This document shows, in pieces, positions 16,784-24,003 of a DNA stretch of 24,724 bases. Origin of the DNA: a virus (taxonomy: Duplodnaviria; Caudoviricetes); the IMG/VR virus record IMGVR_UViG_3300037307_000012, positions 1-24,724 of that record; one strand, given 5' to 3'. Both the position numbers and the translations under genes were made by a program. A model generated the notes under the pieces. The model worked only from the letters and a program-made list of their open reading frames with translations. It searched no databases and was not told the origin of the DNA. How positions within the stretch are numbered: position 1 is the first letter of the stretch; each line of letters opens with the position of its first letter.

Positions 16784-18684
16784 TTCAGCGTCCTCCCGTC
16801 GGTCGCCCCGTCAGCGGGGCCGTCGGTCTGGACCGCCCGCTTGATGTTGCCGTCGGCGTCGCGCTCGATCTCGGTGACGGTCTTCCTCGGCGGGATCTCG
16901 ACCGTCGCGTTAAGCGTCACCGCCGGGGTCGCCTCGACCGTAACGGAGGGGAGGGGAACCTCGTTGGTGACGTTGACCACCGGCGGTGACTGCTCGGGGA
17001 CGTTCACGACCACGGTCGGCGCCGGCGGCGGCTCGAACTGTGCCGTGACGTTGATGATCGGGGCCGACGCGGCGAAGGACGCGAAGCGGTCGGCCTCGGG
17101 GTCGTCGGCGTGGGCGAAGCCCATGACCTCGGCGGCGAACAGGGCGCGCTCGAACATGGTCCGGAACTCCGGGGATGACGAGTTCCGCATCAGGACCGCC
17201 ATGCGTTCGAGGAGGTCTTCCGGATCCTTCGCGAGGCGGATGACGCGGAGGATCGCGGCCTCCTCGATCAGCGGCGGGAGGCCGGAGAGGGTGTTGTCGA
17301 CAAGGCGCTCGACGGCCTCCTGGCCCTGAGTGAACCTCGGGCCGGTCTGCGCCGCGAAGCCTGCCTTGGTGGCCGAGGCGCCCGCGTCCCGCGCGTTCTG
17401 GTCCGACTCCGTGCCGCCCCCCTTGGGCGGCGCCTTCTGGCCGTCCTGGGCCGCGTTGGGGTCTTGGCCGGCGTAGGGCGCCAACTGCGGCGGCGGCTCG
17501 GGGATCTCGAAGTCGCCCTCGCGGAAGTCGTAGCGGTCCATCAGGTAGTCCTCGGTGAGCTTGAGGATGCCTGCCTGGACGAGCTTCGAGTCGCGGTCGG
17601 CGCGGTCGATCTCCAGCCCGGTCTCGTCCTCCATGACGAACTCGGGGGCGGTCCCGCTGAAGCGGTTGAGCGCCCACAGGTTGTTGACGATCTTCTGGAA
17701 GGTCGCCCTGACGAGGCGGATGTCGGCGTTGCGCTTGTCCTCGCGGACGTCGTTGTGCACCTTCGCCGCCGCGTAGGAGCCGGACTGCCCGACGTCCGAG
17801 GTTAGGGTCTGGCCGAGGATGACGCGCTGATAGCGGCGGATGATGGCGCCCTCGAACGAGGAGAACTGATCCCCCTTCGAGCCGGCGTCGAGGGCGCTTA
17901 CCTCGTCCTCGGCGTCAACGGCGATCCCGGCCCCGCCGGACGCGGCGGCGAGCGCCTTCGACATCGCGTTGATGTCGCCCTTCGTCCTGGCGATCAGGAA
18001 TGGCGAGCCGAACCGCTCCAGCCACTTCGCCCAGAACTTCCAGCCGGCTTGGCGGAACTTCCACGGCCAGTAGAGCCGGGAGAGGAGCGCCTCGCCGTAG
18101 GGGCTGAGGTAGGTGCCCTGCCGGACGGTCAGAAGGAACTTCAGCGGATCGGCCTCCTCGCCGTTCGGCTCCTTCTGCGAATACCAGACGAGCTTGCCGT
18201 CGGGGCGCGGAGAGAACCACCAGAACGGGATCTCCACGACCGCGCCGAGGCCGAGCCCGCCCTCGCGCCACGCATAAACGACCTCGGAGACGGAGTAGCC
18301 GTAGCAGACGGCGGCGAAGCCCGAGCGGACGATCTTCTCGACGTGCGGGCGGAGTTCGTCGGCGATGAACTTCGAGGCCGCGTCGGTCCCGGGTTCGAGG
18401 CGCCACGGGACGCCGATGATCGCCTCGCGCCGGGTATCGAGGGCTGCGAAGATTTCATCGTCGTATTCGAGGGCGCGGAGGTGTTCGCGGCGGATCCCGA
18501 GGTTCTTCAAGACCTCGTCCGGGTCCGGGAACTGCGTGAGCATCGTCAACCACTGGTCGAACGCGGTCTCGACGGTCAGCGCGGCGCGGCCCCGGCGGTC
18601 CGCCTGATCGCGCGGGACGGGCTGGATCGCCATCGCCTCAGTGACCGGGGCCGGGAGGTGGGTCTTGCGGGTGACTCGTGCCAT
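16780..18684 (-). CDS. Portal protein (Mu gp29/DUF935-like) with Pro/Val-rich C-terminal extension
   Basis: DDEIFAALDTRREA, YGYSVSEVVY, PYGEALLSRLYWPW, KWLERFGSPFL, ILGQTLTSD..GSYAAAKVHNDVREDK..AD. Confidence 0.95.
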   Translation of the reverse strand: MARVTRKTHLPAPVTEAMAIQPVPRDQADRRGRAALTVETAFDQWLTMLTQFPDPDEVLKNLGIRREHLRALEYDDEIFAALDTRREAIIGVPWRLEPGTDAASKFIADELRPHVEKIVRSGFAAVCYGYSVSEVVYAWREGGLGLGAVVEIPFWWFSPRPDGKLVWYSQKEPNGEEADPLKFLLTVRQGTYLSPYGEALLSRLYWPWKFRQAGWKFWAKWLERFGSPFLIARTKGDINAMSKALAAASGGAGIAVDAEDEVSALDAGSKGDQFSSFEGAIIRRYQRVILGQTLTSDVGQSGSYAAAKVHNDVREDKRNADIRLVRATFQKIVNNLWALNRFSGTAPEFVMEDETGLEIDRADRDSKLVQAGILKLTEDYLMDRYDFREGDFEIPEPPPQLAPYAGQDPNAAQDGQKAPPKGGGTESDQNARDAGASATKAGFAAQTGPRFTQGQEAVERLVDNTLSGLPPLIEEAAILRVIRLAKDPEDLLERMAVLMRNSSSPEFRTMFERALFAAEVMGFAHADDPEADRFASFAASAPIINVTAQFEPPPAPTVVVNVPEQSPPVVNVTNEVPLPSVTVEATPAVTLNATVEIPPRKTVTEIERDADGNIKRAVQTDGPADGATDGRTLN

Positions 18685-18736
18685 CGTTCGCGCCTTCTGG
18701 TCGATGGCGCGATAAGAGCGGAGTCTCTCCTCCCCG

Positions 18737-18757
18737 GTAATCCTGACGGCCGTCAGT
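18737..18757 (-). promoter_or_regulatory. Putative activator-binding late promoter element (copy A)
   Basis: Minus strand ACTGACGGCCGTCAGGATTAC containing the perfect 14-bp palindrome CTGACGGCCGTCAG (18743-18756), upstream of the portal gene. Confidence 0.6.
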
Positions 18758-19149
18758 TACCGGCTATCGAACAGATCGAACAGGTTCAGTTGCTCCGCCA
18801 CGCCGCGCGTCTTCTGGACGATGCGGTAGATGTGGCGCTCGGAGAGGCGGGCGACGTAGGTGAACTCGCGGGCGATCTCTGCCGGCTTCTTCCCCTCCTT
18901 GAGCATCCGGAGGATCCGGTTGTTGCGGTCTTCGAGCGCCTCGGCCTCGTTCCTCGGGACGTAGAGCGTGTCACCGCCGGCGTAGCGGACGAGCTTGTCG
19001 GCGGCCGGGTAGCCGATGATGAGCGCGAGCCGCTCGTAGCCCTCCCCCTCGTACTGCGCCGGGACGCGAAGGTCGGCCCCGCCCATGACGCGGCACAGTT
19101 CCTTGGTGGCGTCCGGGCCGATAGCGAACGTCAAGACCTCGAAGCTCAT
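18757..19149 (-). CDS. Mor/C-family transcription activator
   Basis: ATG 19149 (ATGA overlap with TerL); IGYPAADKLVRYAGGDTLYVPR, RNNRIL, HTH AEIAREF...LSERHIYRIV; ends QLNLFDLFDSR. Confidence 0.88.
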   Translation of the reverse strand: MSFEVLTFAIGPDATKELCRVMGGADLRVPAQYEGEGYERLALIIGYPAADKLVRYAGGDTLYVPRNEAEALEDRNNRILRMLKEGKKPAEIAREFTYVARLSERHIYRIVQKTRGVAEQLNLFDLFDSR

Positions 19150-20411
19150 GAGAATACCCTCCCGCCGAAGACAACAGGCTCGCGGCCCGAGGCGCGGCCT
19201 ATCCCGTGCCACGCGATAGCGAGGCTCATCACGCAGTCGTCGTGTTCTCCTGGGGGAGCCGAGTAGCGTAGCGCGCCGCTCGGGAGTCGCTCCTGATCGA
19301 AGGCCAGGAGTTCTCTTGTGAGGTGTTCGTTGTCCGGGATCCGGATCTCGCTGCGCTCGAACGCCATCGCGAGCCCTTCGATGATCGAGGCCTTGGACGC
19401 GGCCGTGGTCTGGAAGGCGCGGACCGGGATCCCGTCGGCCTTGAGTTGCTCGATCAACGGACCGCCCATCGAGTTCGACTCGGCAATGACGGGCGCCCTC
19501 GGGAAGCGCGCGGAGATCGCCCGGAGCCGGGCGAGTTGGATCGAGTATTCGATGTCCGTGAAGCGGTCGAGACCTATGACGACCTTCTCGCGGGCGTCGA
19601 GGACCGTGAACACGGTGAAGTCGTTGTGCCGGCCCCAATCGACCCCGACGACGTAGGCGCGGCCGTCCTGAATGTCGCGGATCGAGCCGAGCGGCCGGTT
19701 CAGGGAGTTGTCGATGGCGTCGGTGACTCTGTGGAAAACCCCGCCGCCGTCTGTGAGGAACTCGGCGAGGTACTCCTGCCGGAAGACCCGCTCCGGGAGG
19801 GTCTGACGCGCCTCCTCGACCTCCTCGGGGGCGATAAACGGGTTGCAGGACGTCGGCATCTGCCACGAGCGGTAGCCGCTCCGGCCTTTGGCGCCGCGCA
19901 TCCATAGCTCGTGGAAGAAGTTCCGCCCTTTCGGGGTCGAGAAGAACCACGCATCGCCCCGGTAGTCTGTCAGCGTCGGCCGGATCGCGTCCTCCCACGC
20001 CTTCTTAAGGTGCCGCGCCATCGCGGCCTCGTCCACGATCACGCGCTTGTACTTGCGGGAGCGGCCGGCGTCCTCGTCCTCCAGGGTCCAGAACTCGATG
20101 GAGCCGCCTGTGACGAGCGCGATCCGCTTCGAGGTCTCGGACTTCTCCACGATGAGCGGGGCGAGGCGGCGCTTTGTCTCGCGCCAAGCGTCATCGAGGA
20201 CGCGGTAGGTCGGGGCGAACCACCCGACGGGGTAGCCCTGGATGGCGCCCTCCGAGAGGTCGTGAGAGGCGGACGCGCCGGCCGCGAGCATGACGCCCAT
20301 GACGGACTTGCCCGAGCGCCGGCCGATGCAGACGGAGTTGTAGCGGGCGCGGCCTTCCCAGATCGAGGCCTGCGCCTGATGGAGCGCCGGGAGGACTATG
20401 TCCCGCCTCAC
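19146..20411 (-). CDS. Terminase large subunit (Terminase_6-like), intact
   Basis: Walker A GRRSGKS, Walker B VIVDEAA, STPKGRNFF, RQEYLAEF, nuclease VGVDWGRHNDFT and HDDCVMSLAIA. Confidence 0.95.
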   Translation of the reverse strand: MRRDIVLPALHQAQASIWEGRARYNSVCIGRRSGKSVMGVMLAAGASASHDLSEGAIQGYPVGWFAPTYRVLDDAWRETKRRLAPLIVEKSETSKRIALVTGGSIEFWTLEDEDAGRSRKYKRVIVDEAAMARHLKKAWEDAIRPTLTDYRGDAWFFSTPKGRNFFHELWMRGAKGRSGYRSWQMPTSCNPFIAPEEVEEARQTLPERVFRQEYLAEFLTDGGGVFHRVTDAIDNSLNRPLGSIRDIQDGRAYVVGVDWGRHNDFTVFTVLDAREKVVIGLDRFTDIEYSIQLARLRAISARFPRAPVIAESNSMGGPLIEQLKADGIPVRAFQTTAASKASIIEGLAMAFERSEIRIPDNEHLTRELLAFDQERLPSGALRYSAPPGEHDDCVMSLAIAWHGIGRASGREPVVFGGRVFS

Positions 20412-20872
20412 CCGTAGCTCTCAATGATCCAGCCGGCGAACTCGCCGAAGCGCCAGAACTCGAACCGACCGTCGAGCCCGAGATGCCCCTCGGCGATGGG
20501 GCGCTGCACGCCGGAGAGGGAGAGTTCCTTCTGGACGATCTCGTCGGCCGGGACGCCGGTCGAGACCTTCCCGGCGATGGTCAGGCGGTGCATGACGGTC
20601 CCGAGGTAGCCTTTCGGGACGGCGAGCTTGTCGAAGATGATGATGCAGCCGCCCGGGCGGGTCCGCTCCCGGAGCCGGTCGATGAGCGGCTTGCGGTAGG
20701 GGACCGGGACGAACATCAGGACGAGGAACAGGATCGCGATGTCGAACTCGCCGAAGGGGTAGGTGACGGCGTCCGCGATCTCGATCTTGCCCGGGCCGTC
20801 GTACTGCGCCGCCATTTCGGCGGACTTCTCGATGGGGACGAGGAGCGCGTCGCGGGATTCGAGGATCGGCGC
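20408..20872 (-). pseudogene. 5'-truncated class I SAM-dependent methyltransferase (CmoA-like)
   Basis: Frame reads APILESRDALLVPIEKSAEMAAQY..ADAV..FDIAILFLVLMFVP..RPGGCIIIFDK..FGEFAGWII; the N-terminal DxGxxxG SAM motif is absent and the frame hits a TGA a few codons upstream. Confidence 0.75.
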
Positions 20873-21887
20873 AGTGGAACATCATGACCGGCGGGACGGC
20901 GCGGCCGAGGCGCTCGACGGACTGCGAATAGTCGCCGGTCAGGACGAAGTCGTCGGGGAAGGCGCAGATGCGCTTGAGTTCGGAGACGGTGAACTTCCGC
21001 CTTTCGAGCGGGTGAACGACGCTCGCCGCATCGAGGACTCCGGCGGTCTGGGTAATCGTCGGGCAGGGAAGGTAGAGCGCCGGCTTGACGAGGTTGAAAT
21101 ACTTCTCGGACTGCTCGCCGGGCTGGATCCGGTCCCACTCGGCGCCGATGGCGTAGCGCGAGATGTCGGTCTCCGCGCCCCCTCCCCGGCCGTCGGCGAT
21201 CTCCGGGATCGCGTCCCGGACCGAGTAGCGGTAGGGGAGCGGCTTCGGGTGGACGGGGTCGAGGCCGAGGTCGTCGCGGACGCCGACGAAGATCGTCCGC
21301 TGCCGCGCCTGCGGGACGCCGAGCCATTGGGCGTCGAGGACTTTGCAGGCGACGCGGTAGCCGCACGCCTTCAACTCGCCGAGGATGTCGAGGAAGTAGC
21401 CCTTGGCGACGCCCTTGACGAGGCCGGCGACGTTCTCGGCGACGAAGGTCCGGGGCCGGATCTCGCGCAGGAGCCGGGAGAACTCGAAGAACAGATCATC
21501 GGTCCGCTGCGCCTTGTCGCTGTACTTCTTGACCTTCCCCCAGCCGGCCGCGCGCTTCCCGGCCGTCGAGAAGGAGGCGCACGGCGGCGAGCCGTCGAGG
21601 AGGTCGAGTTCGCCGGCCTTAAGGTCGATGGCATCGAGGATCTCGGCGCCGGTGACTTGGCGGATGTCGCGGCCGTCGAGGATCGTGTAGGGCGCGGCGT
21701 TGGCGCGGTAGGAGTCCCGGGCGGCGTCGATGAACTCGGACGCCCACAGGACGCGGAACCCGGCCATGCGGTAGCCGAGCGACGAGCCGCCGGTCCCCGA
21801 GAAGGTGCTGATGACGTTGAACCCGTTCCAGGGGAGCGCGCGGATCTCCTCCATCGAGGGGACGCGGTAGGGCGGCTTTTCGGTCAT
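20421..21887 (-). CDS. C5-cytosine DNA methyltransferase; native sequence ends at ~20874, then an out-of-frame tail
   Basis: ATG 21887; motifs I (FSGTGG), IV (GSPPCASFS), VI (ENVAGL), VIII (QARQRTIFVG), IX (RKFTVSELKRI), X (LGRAVPP); the last ~150 codons are an Arg-rich alternative frame of the next gene. Confidence 0.88.
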   Translation of the reverse strand: MTEKPPYRVPSMEEIRALPWNGFNVISTFSGTGGSSLGYRMAGFRVLWASEFIDAARDSYRANAAPYTILDGRDIRQVTGAEILDAIDLKAGELDLLDGSPPCASFSTAGKRAAGWGKVKKYSDKAQRTDDLFFEFSRLLREIRPRTFVAENVAGLVKGVAKGYFLDILGELKACGYRVACKVLDAQWLGVPQARQRTIFVGVRDDLGLDPVHPKPLPYRYSVRDAIPEIADGRGGGAETDISRYAIGAEWDRIQPGEQSEKYFNLVKPALYLPCPTITQTAGVLDAASVVHPLERRKFTVSELKRICAFPDDFVLTGDYSQSVERLGRAVPPVMMFHCADPRIPRRAPRPHREVRRNGGAVRRPGQDRDRGRRHLPLRRVRHRDPVPRPDVRPGPLPQAAHRPAPGADPPGRLHHHLRQARRPERLPRDRHAPPDHRREGLDRRPGRRDRPEGTLPLRRAAPHRRGASRARRSVRVLALRRVRRLDH

Positions 21888-21898
21888 CCGGTCCCGCT

Positions 21899-22456
21899 CT
21901 AGCGGTAGCCGCACTTCGGGCATTCGTAGTCGGTTTCGAGGCCTTCGTTGACCTCCTTGAAGTCGTCCGGAGGCGGCGGATCGGTCCCGAGGGCGAGGAG
22001 CCGGTCGAGTTCGCCGACCCCGAAGCCGAGGAGCGAGAGGTCGAAGTCCTCCTCCTTGAGGCCGGCGAGTTCGAGCGAGAGGAGTTCCTCGTCCCAGCCG
22101 GCGTTGAGCGCGAGCTTGTTGTCGGCGATGACGTAGGCGGAGAACTGCGCGTCGGTCCAGCCGGAGACGTCGAGGACGGGAGCGGTCCGGTCTGGGAACG
22201 GCTCCGCCCCCCGGGCGCGGCCGGGAGCCGGGTAGACCCGACGGCCGGCGTCGTACAGGCGACGGATGGCGGCGAGCGTCCCGTGACCCTTCGCGATGAC
22301 GCCGGAGCGGACGACGATGGCGCCGACCATCCCGAACTCCTCGATGCTCGCGGCGATCTGCGCGACCTGTTCGTCGCTGTGGGTCCGGGAGTTCCGGGCG
22401 TAGGGGATGAGCGTGTCGATGGCGACCGGGCCGAAGCTATTCGGCGTTGATGACAT
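21899..22456 (-). CDS. ParB/Srx N-terminal domain protein with C-terminal CxxC
   Basis: LIPYARNSRTHSDEQVAQIAASIEEFG, IAKGHG, AYVIADNKLALNAGWDEELL..EL, ECPKCGYR; GAGGAG RBS. Confidence 0.88.
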   Translation of the reverse strand: MSSTPNSFGPVAIDTLIPYARNSRTHSDEQVAQIAASIEEFGMVGAIVVRSGVIAKGHGTLAAIRRLYDAGRRVYPAPGRARGAEPFPDRTAPVLDVSGWTDAQFSAYVIADNKLALNAGWDEELLSLELAGLKEEDFDLSLLGFGVGELDRLLALGTDPPPPDDFKEVNEGLETDYECPKCGYR

Positions 22457-23012
22457 TGCCGTACTCCTCGCGAACGATGTTGATGGTCAGGAGCCCACCC
22501 TGCGCCGCCGGGGCGTTCGGGGTTCCCTCGTCAAAGCCCCACGCCTTCCGCTCGCCGGCCTGCTGGATGGCGGTCATCTCGGCGGTGATCTTGGCGAGCT
22601 TGGCGCGGTTGAAGGCGGCGCGGACGTTGGCGGCGCGGTCGGCGAGCGCCTCCTGCCGGAGGAGCCGGACGATCTTCCACTCCTCGCGATGGCGCTCGAT
22701 GACCTTCGCGCGTTGGTCGATGGCCGCTTCGACGGCGTCGGCCAGGAACTTTTTCGGCCCAGGCAAAGTAATGGCGCCGGAAACTTTGCCGCCAAGTTCG
22801 CCCTCCTCCTCGCCGTCCCGCGCTCGCATCTGCGCGAGTTCGGCGACGCGCTGGAGGGTTCCGACCTTCGTCCAGCCTTCGGCGCGGATCCTGTTCCGGA
22901 GCGCCTGCGGGGTGCAGCCGAACCGGCCGGCGATGGCCGGCGCGGACGCGGTCGGGTCCGCTTCCCATAGCGCCCGGGCTTCGGCCCATTGGTCGGGGGT
23001 AAGGCGCGGCAT
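22437..23012 (-). CDS. HTH protein, probable terminase small subunit #2
   Basis: ATG 23012; LTPDQWAEARALWEAD..IAGRFGCTPQALRNRIRAEGWTK, then helical region IERHREEW...QQAGERKAWGFD; upstream of the intact TerL. Confidence 0.7.
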   Translation of the reverse strand: MPRLTPDQWAEARALWEADPTASAPAIAGRFGCTPQALRNRIRAEGWTKVGTLQRVAELAQMRARDGEEEGELGGKVSGAITLPGPKKFLADAVEAAIDQRAKVIERHREEWKIVRLLRQEALADRAANVRAAFNRAKLAKITAEMTAIQQAGERKAWGFDEGTPNAPAAQGGLLTINIVREEYGNVINAE

Positions 23013-23014
23013 GG

Positions 23015-23470
23015 TCAGCGGTCGAGGTAGAAGGCGCCGAGGAGGGCGGCGTCGGCGCGGCCGACGTCCTTCTTGCGGCCGAAGTAGAACGTGGCGAGGT
23101 GCGGCCACCGCTCCTGGGCGACGGTCCGCGCGACCTCCTTGTCCTCGCCCATGGCCCAGAAGTCGAGCGTCGAGCCGGTCACGAACCGCATGCGCCCGGC
23201 CTGGCGGTTCTTGTACTCGACCAGGCCGGCCAGGCGCGCCAGGATCTCGTCCCACACGTCGTCGACGTAGCGCGAGCTCGGCGCGAACCAGCCGGCCGGG
23301 TAGCCGGCGGGATCGAGCAGGTTCTTCGGTCCGGTCAGCAGGCGGTGCAGGCCGAATTTCGTTTTCCCCCAGCGGCGGCCGCAGGTGAGCACGTTGTACC
23401 GGCCGGCATTCTCTGCCACGAGCTTCTGGCCCGGGTGCAGGATCGGCAGCCGGACGCGGATCTCAGCCAC
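23015..23470 (-). pseudogene. Chimeric ORF: N-terminal terminase large subunit fragment fused to a RuvC-like resolvase C-terminus
   Basis: Residues 1-~115 align with the intact TerL (LHPGQ, CGRRWGKT, GYPAGWFAP, VTGSTLDFW) but stop before Walker B; the tail ARTVAQERWP...RKKDVGRADAALLGAFY resembles phage RuvC-like C-termini. Confidence 0.75.
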
Positions 23471-23867
23471 TGGAGCCCTCGTAGACGTGCTCGACGATGA
23501 TGCGGGTGGTGGCGTCGACCCGGTCGATGAAGTCGCCGGACGACTTGCCGAGCAGCTCGGAGGCCTTGAGGCGGTCGGCCCACTTTGGCGGATTGCCGTC
23601 GCCGTCGGCGCCCTCTCCGCGCAGGACGGCGGACCAGAAGCGGCGCCGTTCCTCAGCGGTGGCGATGCGCCGATCGTGGTCGGGTTTCGCCAGCGCCTTG
23701 ATGGTTTCCCGAATCCTAGCGTCTCCTAGCAGCCGCGCGCCTTCTGGGTCGGGCCGTGCGTACCCTGCCGCCTTTGCGGCCCGCAGCGCATTGCCGCCGT
23801 TCGCGAGGTACTCCTCGACGAACCGTTGGCGCTTTGGCGTCAGGCCGCCGCCATGGGTACGCGGCAC
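23463..23867 (-). CDS. Terminase small subunit #1 (Terminase_2-like)
   Basis: GTG 23867; LTPKRQRFVEEYLANGGNALRAAKAAGY, ARLL, IATAEERRRFWSAVLRGE, DRLKASELLGK..GDFID. Confidence 0.92.
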   Translation of the reverse strand: MPRTHGGGLTPKRQRFVEEYLANGGNALRAAKAAGYARPDPEGARLLGDARIRETIKALAKPDHDRRIATAEERRRFWSAVLRGEGADGDGNPPKWADRLKASELLGKSSGDFIDRVDATTRIIVEHVYEGSSG

Positions 23868-23868
23868 A

Positions 23869-24003
23869 TCACACCCCCCCCTCGTCGGTGCCGGGCTCGT
23901 AGGCGAACAGGGCGCAGCGTGCCGAGGCGGCATCGCGACGGCGGACGCACCACAGGTACCCGGTGATGAGGCGGATCGCGTAGCGGCAGGAGAGGCAGGT
24001 CAT
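23869..24003 (-). CDS. 44-aa Cys-rich protein (not in the ORF track)
   Basis: ATGA overlap; MTCLSCRYAIRLITGYLWCVRRRDAASARCALFAYEPGTDEGGV, with CxxC...C...C. Confidence 0.6.
   Translation of the reverse strand: MTCLSCRYAIRLITGYLWCVRRRDAASARCALFAYEPGTDEGGV

Noticed and set aside
18757-19998. Long upstream extensions in the ORF track (also 2858-3958, 6781-7899, 7689-8624, 22437-23255)
   Set aside because: The extensions are Arg/Pro-rich alternative frames of the upstream gene; downstream starts have an RBS or stop-start overlap, or sit in the intergenic gap.
20421-20873. A genuine 150-aa C-terminal domain on the methyltransferase, or a programmed frameshift
   Set aside because: The sequence is an off-frame reading of the second methyltransferase; there is no slippery site and the downstream domain lacks its N-terminus.
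23874-23881. G8 run (minus strand) as a phase-variation switch
   Set aside because: Short, at the very end of a micro-ORF, and explained as part of the TerS ribosome-binding region.
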